DNA of 64,000 bases from Takakia lepidozioides (lineage: Eukaryota; Plantae; Bryophyta). The notes beneath the pieces are model-generated. The model made no database searches. It worked only from the letters and a program-made list of their open reading frames with translations, and was not told the DNA's origin. Position 1 is the first letter of the stretch; every line of letters starts with the position of its first letter. Positions 51,480 through 62,888 of the stretch are shown here, piece by piece. Where the stretch lies: NCBI GenBank assembly GCA_030704615.1, contig CM060732.1, positions 72,540,001-72,604,000 of the forward strand. The letters run 5' to 3'. The position numbers and the translations under genes are program-made.

Positions 51480-52415
51480 AGACAAGTTCACTTTCCGCAG
51501 TATATAAGCGGGGTGAGGGGTGCACATTGTATCTCTTTTCCTTCTCTTTCCCACTGATGAGCTCACGCGCTGAGCAAAACTAGTTTGGGGATTATAGAGA
51601 TTTGCTTTGCTGCATCTTGTGTTCTTGTCTCTTTGTCTCATTGGCGTTGTTGTTGTTGTTGAGTCTTAGATTTGATCTTCTACATAGTTCATTGCATTCA
51701 TTTGCTTTGTGTCTTTTGTAGTGCATTTTTTAAACTCCTTTTCGAGTGTTGCATGTTAGATCTCCTTCTAAGACTGTTCTTTAGTGTGTCTATTCTCTTA
51801 CTTAGAGATAGGTTACTATTCTCATGTCCTTACAGTGAATTAATTTCATCACACACACTTGTTTCTTGCATATCTTTGCATTTGCACTTTAGAACGTTGC
51901 AACATCACTCATACTCTGTTCTATTCTAGTTTTCTGTGTCTCAGGATCGATTCTTTTAGTTTTGTTTCACAGGCTAGATATTTCTACAAGTTTTCTAAGG
52001 TGTCCATAACTGGCCCCCCTAAAAACTTGTTTGCACTTTGCTACTAATGCACCCGGTGCATTCGCGGTTCGAACGTGCTTTTGTTCACCTTTGATGTGGA
52101 GTCATTGTATCCTAGCATTCCTACTGGGGACGGGCTTCGACGATTGAAGGAGATGATGCCGGCAAGTTCAAGTCACCTCGGTTTGAAAGATTCGTCGTGA
52201 GTCTTTCTCGCATTGTGTTGGAGAATAACTATCTTTAATTTGGCTCGAGCTATTGGCATCAAATCCGAGGCACGGCAATGGGTAGCAACTTTGCTGTTGT
52301 TTATGCTTGTCTCTTTTTTTGCAGCTTAGAAAGAGAGTTGGCTGGTGCTGGAGGAGGCATGTGGCCTCTATATTACAAGAGATACATCGATGATGGATTT
52401 GGAATTTGGGCAGGA
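51480..52415 (+). mobile_element. Penelope-like element copy A: pLTR-like leader plus internally deleted RT fragment
   Basis: TATA and hammerhead leader. 52073-52415 duplicates RT 54584-54924 (FTFDVESLYPSIP, RYIDDGFGIW). Confidence 0.8.
51548..51591 (+). ncRNA. Minimal type I hammerhead ribozyme (PLE-type) with a G12-to-A substitution
   Basis: Stem I TTCCCA/TGGGGA; core CTGATGA; stem II GCTCA-CGCGC-TGAGC; AAAA instead of GAAA; palindromic ACTAGT stem III; GTT site. TATA box at 51501. Confidence 0.75.
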
Positions 52416-53936
52416 TGTCGTGCACCTCACTTCGGTAAGCTCCCCTTCAAGTCATAGTTACTCGCTTTGATGCGCGCGCCTGACTCCCAACCTGGCCGCT
52501 GGGCCAACTTGGAGCTTCGGCTGCTCACCGGGACATAACGGTCCCCCTTCGATCTCCCGAAAGACCCTCCACCGATTTGGGACTAGTGGAATTCCCTTTG
52601 GTAGATGGCAGTCCGGAACAGCTCCCCACTCTTTGGTCGCTTTCCGGCTCGCTCGCTTACTCACTAGTTTTTGTCACCAACGGGTCTTGCACCGTTCTCG
52701 GGGTCACTACTACCCCTTATATTACTTCCACCGATCCCGTCACTCTCAACTTGGCCGCCCGGAAGTACTGCTCTAGCTCCAGGAGCCAGGTGTTGAGTGC
52801 CTTCCGATTTTGGACGCCCTCGAAGGTGCCGAGTTCCTTAGGCTTCACCTTCAACTTTGCCTTGGTGGAAGTGGCATTAGCCGCCTTCAACACGTCTTTC
52901 AGCGTCCCGCCAAACTGCGCCAACAACCCTTCCCAAAAGGCTGCCGGCATGGGAGACATCTGTTGGTCGGTCGGAGCTCTCAGGGATTCCTCGGGCTCCG
53001 ACTCCTCGGATTCCTCCCACTCTTGAGCGGCCTCGTTTTCGGAAACATGCATCGCTTCCTCAAACGGCCGCCTCGGTGACACGTCGCCCCCATCGGGCTC
53101 ACCAGGATCATCATCTTTTTGGGCCGTTCTGCTTTCGCTTTGGCTTGCCCGACCCCATGATGAGGCAAATCCCAAGGCGATTGCGTACTGAACTCTAAGC
53201 TCTGATACCAAGTGTCGCGCACCTCACTTCGGTAAGCTCCCTTCAAGTCATAGTTACTCGCTTTTGATGCGCGCGCCTGACTCCCAACCTGGCCGCCGGG
53301 CCAACTTGGAGCTTTCGGCTGCTCACCGGACATAACGGTCCCCTTCGATCTCCCGAAGACCCTCCACCGATTTGGGACTAGTGGGAATTCCCTTTTGGTA
53401 GATGGCATCCGGAACAGCTCCCCACTCTTTGGTCGCTTTTTGGCTCGCTCGCTTACTCACTAGTTTTTGGTCACCAACGGGCTTGCACCGTTCTCGGGGT
53501 CACTACTCCCCTTATAAATACTTTTATGACTGTCTGCGAGGGTTTCACAAACAACCATGCCATTTCATGGCGAACACCACGAAACCCTCGACTCCCGGTG
53601 GTGAGTCGCGTGAGTCTTGGCCCACCCACCACGGCCCCTATGGACCGTGATGAGTCCCAAGACTCCCCACGACTCCCACCACGAGTCTCCGCCCCATGGT
53701 GAGTCCTAGGCCACCCCCCACTAAGTCCCGCTAAGCTACCACCACCCCCTTGTGGAGCCACCCCCACCGCAACCCGGGTGTGCGGGGCTCCACCTAGTGA
53801 GCGCCTCTGCCTCCTTAAGTGCCTTGGGCACTCGAGGGTGCTTCAGCCCCCGCACCTATCGCTGCTACTGCCCCCACCACAGGGCCAGCCCCTTCTGTGT
53901 CCCGACCCCCTGCCCTCAAGGCAAAGGGCCGCGACA
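52416..53936 (-). mobile_element. Internally deleted Ty3/gypsy element of the same family (5' LTR 53936-53213, PBS 53210-53199, gag start, distal part of 3' LTR)
   Basis: LTR and gag are near-identical to 41888-43060. The gag-to-LTR junction near 52725 lies at a GAAGT microhomology. Flanks do not form a TSD. Confidence 0.9.
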
Positions 53937-54059
53937 CCTCATTCATCCATCTACATTCATTTTCGCATTCATCCATTTGTTTATCATCCAACTATACATT
54001 CATCCATCATTTATTCATCTGTTGCTTTCAGGTGGGAATGACCACTGCCTTTTATTATG

Positions 54060-55161
54060 TAAACCTAAAACCCTAAACCCTAAACTTGTGAGGCATTCGC
54101 GGTTCGAACTCTGTTGCACTGCTACATGTATTTGTTTCCACTCTTTTGTAAACCCTAAACCCTACACCTTAAACCCTTAAACCCTAAAACCCTAAACCCT
54201 AAACTGGTATGTGGATGAGGCACACCGCCACTCCCACGATGGACAAGTTTACCGAATCCGGGCAGAGATCCATTTGACAATCTCACATATGGTTTGGATG
54301 CATTGCTCGCTTCCGCTCTCTTATTTGGTTTGATTGACAGGCAGACAAGGGACTTTTTGGCGTTCAAGCCCCAAGGGGGCTACCGACCCTGCATGTTTTA
54401 TCTCGTGCCCAAAATGCACAAGCCTGTGGTGGTTGGGAGGCCGATTTGTTCATACAACGGATATGTTTTTGAGCACGCATCCAAATGGTTGCATCACCAT
54501 CTGTTTCCCATTCTACTTGAGGAATAACCATTTGATATTTCTATATCTTTGTTGTCTGTCGGATAGTTTTAGAACTGTTGGCGACGTGCTTTTGTTTACC
54601 TTTGATGTGGAGTCATTGTATCCTAGCATTCCTACTGGGGACGGGCTTCGACGATTGAAGGAGATGATTGCCGGCAAGTTCAAGTCACCTCGGTTTGAAA
54701 GATTCGTCGTGAGTCTTTCTCGCATGGTGTTGGAGGATAACTATATTTAATTTGGCTCGAGCTATTGGCATCAAATCCGAGGCACGGCAATAACAACTTT
54801 GCTGTTGTTTATGCTTGTCTCTTTCTTTGCAGCTTAGAAAGAGAGTTGGCTGGTGCTGGAGGAGGCATGTGGCCTCTATATTATAAGAGATACATCGATG
54901 ATGGATTTGGAATTTGGGCAGGATCTCGGGCAAGTTTGGAGGCTTGGCTCGATGGATACAACTCTCTTAGTCCCACAATTCGGATTCAAAGGGTAATCTT
55001 TGAGTCTACGATTGACATTCTTGATATTCAGTTCTTCAAGGGAGTTGATTTTGTCAACCATGGGATTTTCTCTTCGAGATGTCATCAAAAGGCACTCAAC
55101 AGATACCAGTATTTGCCATGGACCTCGTGTCATCCACGACACCAAAAACGAGCATTCATCA
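54060..55161 (+). mobile_element. Penelope-like element copy B: (TAAACCC)n leader plus frameshifted, 3'-truncated reverse transcriptase
   Basis: FYLVPKMHKP..GRPICS; FDVESLYPSIP; QIRGTA; RYIDDGFGIW; ILDIQF; YLPWTSCHP. Telomeric-type repeats at 54060-54084 and 54149-54204. Confidence 0.9.
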
Positions 55162-56006
55162 GGCATTGGGTACCTTTTGTCTACTTCAAATATTATTCTG
55201 GATGCGAAGCTTTTGGGTTTGATGGAGAAATGCAAGCATCAGGTGCCAGACCAAAGGCCAACTGCAGCAGAGTGTCTGGAGTTGCTTGATGCATGATATG
55301 TAGTCTAGTAAAAGATGCAGAACTTTAGGAAGCTGAGGTCTTCTTGGCGGTTTATTAGGAAGCTTAAGTCGAAGCAAAGGTGCTACTGCCCAGATTTATG
55401 TTGATCACCTTCAATGGTTTCCTGCTTCCTTTGGCACAGAATCTCGGTCTGTTTACTCCCGACACTTGCGCCTTCCCATCGCACTCAATAGACGGTTCTG
55501 TCCGGATAAAGATATAAATTTCGTCCGAAAACCCTTGTGGGTGACCTTCAAGGTGCCACTCTGGCCAACCTAATGGCGAATGATAGTACCACAAGAAACG
55601 CAGACCTTCAGGTGTGGTTCTTTTTTTGTAGTATTTGTATCAACAGCAAGCGGAGTCTTTTTTTGGTTCTTTGTTGTGTACTCTACGGCTACATTCAAAC
55701 AAACAGCAGACTGATTTAGAGACATTCTCAAAATCCTCCTTGGAGCTCTAGTGTAACATGCAATGGACCCTTTCTCACAAGCGGACTAGGAAGAAAGGAA
55801 GAGCGCGAAGATAGGATGAAAAAAGTGGGAAATGATTGTACTGGCTGCACAGGCTTCATTAGGGATGAGCTCGCTTTATCATCCGTAGGGACACATCCAT
55901 TCAATTTTCATCCCTGTGATTCGGTGGACGACATGTATCTCCTCGTAGTCCATGGGACTCTCAATGGATGAATGAACCCCAAGTACTTGGATGTATAATA
56001 AAGTTT
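55162..56006 (+). repeat. Duplicate of the Crinkler-like kinase 3' end and downstream region (62018-62870)
   Basis: Identical peptide GIGYLLSTSNIILDAKLLGLMEKCKHQVPDQRPTAAECLELLDA* and a collinear 3' region. Confidence 0.95.
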
Positions 56007-56190
56007 TGCCCGTAGTGGATGAATGTATGTAGATGGATGGAAAGCAGCTGATTGGGGAGGGTTTCAGCTGCTCCTGTGACATGGCCCAACTGCGATGCCA
56101 TTTGTGGTTTTGCCAATTTGCATGCTGCACAGTCTTGCGAAAAGCTCAGGCTAAAGCATAGCGGTTAGCTAAAATTAGCAAAATTAGCAT

Positions 56191-56410
56191 CTCTGTTCTA
56201 TTCTAGTTTTCTGTGTCTCAGGATCGATTCTTTTAGTTTTGATTCACAGGCTAGATATTTCTACAATTTTTCTAAGGTGTCCATAACTGGCCCCCCCTAA
56301 AAACTTGTTTGCACTTTGCTACTAATGCACCCGGTGCATTCGCGGTTCGAACTTTGTTGCACTGCTACATGTATTTGTTTCCACTCTTTTGTACACCCTA
56401 AACCCTAAAC
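56191..56410 (+). repeat. Partial repeat of the PLE leader (matches 51914-52074, then 54093-54163), ending in telomeric units
   Basis: Shared GCATTCGCGGTTCGAAC motif at 52058, 54093 and 56336. Confidence 0.88.
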
Positions 56411-58126
56411 ACATCCGCACTACAACGACCTTCTTGACCTCTTTCGGCCGTTGGCATTGCACAGTGTAAGCTCGGGTGGCCCTCTAGATACCCGCACAAC
56501 ACTGGCGACGGGGTTTGTACTCCTCGGAAGACGGCCCTTCACAGCAGTACTTGGTGGTTCAACATTTGTTTGCGCTTTCACAAATCGTGCCTTTGGTTGC
56601 CCCAACACGGTGATAATCTCGACGAAGCTGCTATGCTCCAGCAACACACCAACATGCCATGGGAGCAGATGCTTGGGGGAGTGGAGGGGGAGCTGGGCGG
56701 GGGCCCGGGTTGGGTGCGGGCGGACGGGTGGGGGGGGGGGCGGGGCCCGGGGGTGGGATTTGACAGCGGGCTCCGGCAGCACACGGGTAGGGCTCAGGCA
56801 AGGAGGGCCCACGGTCTCGCGCATTTAACTCCATGTCTAGTGTAAACCAAATTTATACATGCACAATGTTGAATGGCATACGTTATGAGTTAATGTCAAA
56901 CTAATCGAAAAAGCGAGGGATGGACTGAAACTTCTGGACGGAAACGTCAACAGATGAATGAGATTTGGATGAAGTTTCGATGTAAGATTTGGATGAAGTT
57001 TCGATGTAAGATTTTGACCGTTCGATCGGATTAGAATAGATCGACGGTCATGACATGCGGTTTATTTAGGTTTTGGGGGGCGCATTACACCCTCAGTGCT
57101 CTTCATTTTTCATTGTTTCCTCGCTCTATCTCTCTCGCTCTCTCTCTCTTCTCGCTCTAACTGGTCTCGTAATCTTTGAGCCTGTGTACCTCTGTTGCTT
57201 GCATTCTAATTGCTTACACAATTCTGAGCCTGTTTGGAGGAGATGGAATGTTGTCAAACGCTCGGCTAGCCTGTACTAGTATACCGCTCTTGCTGTGGCT
57301 TGATATTAGCTTCTTTCAGGAACTGAGCCTGGTTTGTCCATCCATTACTCCGATTGATAGCATTGATCTGCACAACGAATTACTTCACCTCAATGTATTT
57401 TGTGAGCCCGCCACAACTCCGGCAAATAACTCCATCCTTGCATGCGCACCCATATAAGAGTGGCGAAGTTTTGGAACGATGGAGACATTGAGAGGACATT
57501 GCAACTCTGTTAATCTGATGTGAATGAGAGAATATTAATGTGCACACCTGGCGCAGGAACACTAGTGCAGAGCGTTTCGATTGACAGGAGCGGATTGGCG
57601 GATGAATTGAGCGACAGGAGTTGCAATAAGGCTAAACCTCTACTTACACGTAAGTGCTTCGACCTTGTTGATGTGTTTGAAACTAATTTATTTGGTTCTT
57701 GAAAGGAGGAAGGTCTCCTAGTTGTTTTCGTTGAGTTTTTGGATCTTGATACTGCCTTCGTTCAGTTAGAGCTAGTACCAACTGTGCCTTGGGAGCTCAT
57801 GGTCCCTCTGGCCCTGGGGTAGTTATGGTAGAGTACTTCTTGTGTGGCAGATGACTTGAAAAAGCTGTTAACATTGCCGGCTCTTCTCCCATCGTGTATC
57901 TTAATAAAATACTATCAAGGGTGGTCAGCCTGCAAGATACAGCTCCAGATATGGCGGATACACCGGGGGCTGCTATTTCATGGCGGCATGAGCATGAGCG
58001 GAAAAAACACTCTAGGTCACGCGAATTTCTCCCCTCCTGAGCGCTCGTTCTGTGCCCGTCTTTCTTTCTTTACACCTTGCGTTCGCGGAGTTCCTTCCCG
58101 CCGCAGTGCTAGTCTGATAGCAACTC

Positions 58127-61100
58127 ATGGGCACAAGGCGGGATCTCATTTTCATTCAAGAAGGCGGCTCTGAGATCGCCAAGCTCCGCGCTCCTAAGAC
58201 AGCTGCGGATGTTTTGAATGCTCTACGGCGTAATGGGGATTTGTTTGATCAAGAGGGAGTTCTGCTGCTTGGGAGCGATTCCTTGGACCCAGGAGACTAT
58301 ACCTTTAAGCAGGTTGATTCTCCTTCAACAACAGACACAAGTAAAGGCAGTGGTAAACCCTTCTCCCTGTCATCGGGGTTTTGTCATCGGGATAATTTAG
58401 GTTTTCCTGTGGCGGTCTGAGTTTCTTATTCCTTCGTCAGGTGCAGAACCTTCTGTGACAGTGTTCACCCATTAGCTAGGGTGTCAGATAGTGTGTCATG
58501 GAGAGAGTCTGGTGAATGTCGATGGGTTGCCTAGGGCAGTCTGAGCCCGTTTGTTTTTATGTCTGCAATTCTGATGATGGGCAGGCACATTTGAATTCTT
58601 GCAAGACAATTGGGCAGTTGATTGTTGAAACCGCTGCAGTTGCTGATTTGTTCAATGCATAGCTTGGAGTCAAGTGTTTGCAATTTTTTTGGTTTCTTGG
58701 CTGCGTTGTGCACTCAGGGTTTCAACAGCTTCTCCCAATCCCGTGTGTGATCCTGTGTACGGTTGATACACGCAGTTTATTCATTCGATAGATCCATGTT
58801 AACAAGTAATATATGAGGAGGGTCCTTTGAAAGACACGGTTGTTTGTTATTTATATGTGGAATTCTGGTTGTGCACTACATGATAGATGCAACGCAACAA
58901 CATGGGTTGGCTGTTGTGGGGATACTTCTCAAGCTTTTGTAGCACCTACAGCATGTAGCAGGGTTTTGCTTTTCTTCCTGCTTTTGTTGTTTTTCTTTGT
59001 TTTTTTGTCTTAAGTTCGAGTAGTTTAAGCAGTCAATGAAAGGTGCTTAAGGTTTGCAAATAATTTATTTATTCCGTAGGATGGAATCTTCTCAGATTCA
59101 AGATTGGATTGGATTGTAAGGAATCTCTACATTTCAGTATGGTCTGTGATTGATCATGCTTTTCTATACCTTCTCTCTTGCTTTTGTTGCTTTTCTTTGT
59201 TTTTCTGTCTTGAGTTCGAGTAGTGCAAGCAGTGGAAGGACAGAAGGTCAAGTGCTTAGGGTTTGCAAATAATTTATTTATTCCATAGGATAGAATCTGC
59301 TCAGATTCAAGATAGAACAACAATAGAACAATAGTGGAAAGAAAAGGGACGACTCTTCATGCTTAGTTTGTTTCTTAGCTTTGGCTAGTGTTAGGGAAGT
59401 GACGTGCGGTTAACGCCTTTGAAGGTGGGGTTACTTTATTTTCATACTTGCCCTGATCTAGACACCCAATGACAATGCAAATCAATAATTCTATTGCCGT
59501 CGCAAGTGTGCACCGCAGCACTATAGTTCATTACTGCATGTTAGCCACACCTTACCGTGGGCCCAGGTTATGTAGATTCTTGGCACCTTGACTTCAGAAT
59601 CTTTGCTTGACTATGACCTGTTGTTCTACGAGCCCGCATACTCATGCAGGTATGCTTTAGGACCGTGTAGGCGAGATTCTTCCGGAGCTGTTAGGGTTTC
59701 GTGCTAAAATGTGTTTTGCTAGCTCTTTGAATGTCCAAGTTTTCCAGACTTAAAGGACTACTATTTTCTTAAGGTCGGTCAGATTGCGGCAGATGAGGGC
59801 AGGTTTAAAGTGTTCTGCGTTCTTGTCTTCTTTTCTCTTCGGTGTGTTACGTTTTCCCAGTCTATATACATTGGCTGTCACTGTTGTGGTTCTTGCCAAG
59901 ATCCAGGTAGGGTACATGTATTGGTTGTGCAATTGTTGGTGTTATGATGATTGGCTGTAAGGCCAACCAGAATCTTTTGTCAATATGACCATGGTGGGTT
60001 AAGTTTATGTCACCGTACAACTTCTCCCAGTAAAGCCTCTTCTGATCCCTTACAAGCTGATTGACCTTTTACGCAGTTGGTAGTATCTAGACCAGAGCAT
60101 TTTTTCATCTTTGATATTACAGCAGTCCTTATAGAGCGCCTGCCTCTCAGCAATCTTGAGCTTGATCTCATGGGTCCACCAATTTACTGCTCTACCACAG
60201 ATAATTAGTTTCCTTCCATGACTCTATCAGCAGCAGAAGTGGCAACGCTCTCCCAAGAATCTACAGCACCTTCTACCTCTCCTTTGTATCACCATGGGCA
60301 AGAGGAGAGATCTTGAAGTGACTGTGTAAAGTGTGGGAGGGTAAAAAGTGGACTAGAAAGTGTTAGCAATTCTTGTTCCTGGGTGGGTCCTTGGCAGACA
60401 CGGTTGCTTGTTATTTAGATGTGGAATTCTGGATGTGCACTCAGGGTTGCGCTCTCTTGGCAACTAGGTGTGGTGTAAGTTTTTCGCTGTTCACCCATCA
60501 GGGTGTCAAGCTAGTGCGTCACGTGATGCAACTGTTGCATGTTGATGTCCAATCCAGCACCTTGGACATTTTATTTTGTCATTTCAGTGCATGTTCCACT
60601 ATGTTGAAATCTTGTTTTGTTTTTACAAGCACCTGATCCTTGTGGTGGTCTGAGTTTCTCAGGGCTCTGCGGCCTGAGTTTGCTGATAGTGAGGTTCACG
60701 TACTTCGAGTATGTCGTCACCAGATCATTTGCTCCTTTTGAAGAGGAAATGATAATATTAGTTCTCAAATGCCAATGAGCAGCTTGTCTTCTAACCCATT
60801 CCTTCGTCAGGTACCCCCAGAGTTGACAATACTTTATCCATTCGGAAGGACATAGTTGAGCAGCGTGTGCAACTTTGCGAAGTGGATGAGCTGCGGGGAT
60901 TGTTGGAAATGGAATTGAAGGATGGCTTACGATTTCCCGTTTCTTTGAATATGTGGAACTCTTTGCCGACGAACAGGGACAAGTTGTTCAAACTAACTGG
61001 ACCTGATGAAGAGTGTTATAAGATTGTTCCACTTGTGAATGCTATTGTGGACCCTCCAATGCCTGCACCCACTGCTGATACAGAAGATTCTTTTCACTAC

Positions 61101-62152
61101 CTTTGGGACACTGTTATTGATGAATCACTTAAGTTTTTCTTTGATGGCCCTTGGCTAGCAGAGCGAAACAAGTCTGGTGAAGGGAGTAATAGTGGAACAA
61201 GGCCCGACAAGGTCGTTAGGTTTGGTTTCCGGTTCTATGCTTTGTGGAGAGGGGAAGAGAAAGGCCCTACAACTGCTGGTGATCCAAGAAAGGAATTGAT
61301 TTCGAAATTGGACTGGACGTATAAACATCTCCCCTTTCTCATGGCGTACTATGCGAGGGCAGCCCTAGTGACATTCTGTGTGCTACATGTGGTTGTGGAT
61401 CCACATGGAGGATCCATGAACATGTGCCGTGATCTCATTCAATTCAATATATCAAATGCAAAGGAACGACTTAAGCTTGTACTGGCCTGCATAACTATGG
61501 CGAAGTTGCTGAAAACAATGGAAGAGGTTTGCGAAGGAAAGGATGAAGTGTCGGATATGCCTCTCATACGGAGGAACAGTGGAAAAGTTATTCGTCCATG
61601 TGGGAGGAAGGTAGAGAAGTCCTATCCAAATGAGGCTTTCTACAGGGAAGTTGTAGCCATCTATGAGGCGACGACATCTTGTCCAAATGTGGAACTTTTT
61701 TTGCATAGAAGGATTCAGACCGAACTATTGTGGTGCAGAGGGCTGTGGTTGCAAAACCAAAGAACCATGACGAACTGATGACCTGTCTCCGATGTTTGTG
61801 TGAAGCACTGCAGTGGTTGCACAGGAAAGGACTCGTGCACAGAGACATCAGGTGGGAAAATGTTCTTCGCGACAGGAATAATGCTGAGAAATGGGTACTA
61901 GTGGATCTTGATGAGGCAATAAAGACCGATCAGTGCTTCAAGCTCCACCGTCTAGATTCCAATTCACATGCTCCGGAGATGACAGTTGGGCCTCATGATA
62001 CCATGGTTGACATCTGGGGCATTGGGTACCTTTTGTCTACTTCAAATATTATTCTGGATGCGAAGCTTTTGGGTTTGATGGAGAAATGCAAGCATCAGGT
62101 GCCAGACCAAAGGCCAACTGCAGCAGAGTGTCTGGAGTTGCTTGATGCATGA
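58127..62152 (+). CDS. Crinkler (CRN)-like protein: short header plus REase-fold plus protein kinase, join(58127..58352,60811..62152), one frameshift near 61700
   Basis: Phase-consistent GT-AG intron. TEDSFHYLWD, RPDK..LWRGEEK (PD-(D/E)xK-like), HRDIRWENV, DLD, APE, DIWGIG, RPTA. The frameshift sits at or near a T homopolymer and may be a sequencing error. Confidence 0.75.
58981..59312. repeat. ~130-bp direct repeat pair within the kinase intron
   Basis: CTTTTGTTG...GGTTTGCAAATAATTTATTTATTCC...CTCAGATTCAAGAT at 58981 and 59181. Confidence 0.85.
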
Positions 62153-62867
62153 TATGTAGTCTAGTAAATGATGCAGAACTTCGGGAAGCTGAGGTGTTCT
62201 TGGCGGTTTATTAGGGAGCTGAAGTCTTGTTTAGACTCAAACCTTCTGGGTGGTTTATTAGGAAGCTTAAGTCAAAGCAAAGGTGCTACTGCCTAGATTT
62301 ATGTTGATCACCTTCAATGGTTTCCTGCTTCCTTTGGCGCAGAATCTTGGTCTGTTTACTCCCGACACTTGCGCCTTCCCATCGCACTCAATAGACTGCC
62401 ACAGTTCTGTCTGGATAAAGATATAAATTATGTCCGAAAACCCTTGTGGGTGACCAACCTTCAGGGTGCCACTCTGGCCAACCTAATGCCGAATGATAGT
62501 ACCACAAGAAACGCAGACCTTCAGGTGAGTATTTGTATCAACAGCAAGGGGAGTCTTTTTGGTTCATTCACAGCAAACAGCAGACTGATTTAGAGACATT
62601 CTCAAAATCCTCCTCGGAGCTCCAGTGTAACACGCAATGGACCCTTTCTCACAAGCGGACTAGGAAGAAAGGAAGAGCGCAAAGAGAGGATGAAAAAAGT
62701 GGGAAAGGATTATATTGGCTGCACAGGCTTCGTTAGGGATGAACTCACTTTATCATCCGTGGGGACACATCCATTCAATTTTCATCCCTGTGATTCGGTG
62801 GACGTCATCTATCTCCTCGTAGTCTCAATGGATGTATGAACCCCAAGTACTTGGATGTATAATAAAG

Positions 62868-62888
62868 TTTAGGGTTTAGGGTTTAGGG
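62868..62888 (+). repeat. (TTTAGGG)3 interstitial telomeric repeat
   Basis: Three perfect units shortly after AATAAA. Confidence 0.9.

Noticed and set aside
56418-56842. Small CACTA element (CACTAC...CTAGTG)
   Set aside because: The ends match only over 5 bp and the flanks (CCG vs TAA) give no TSD.
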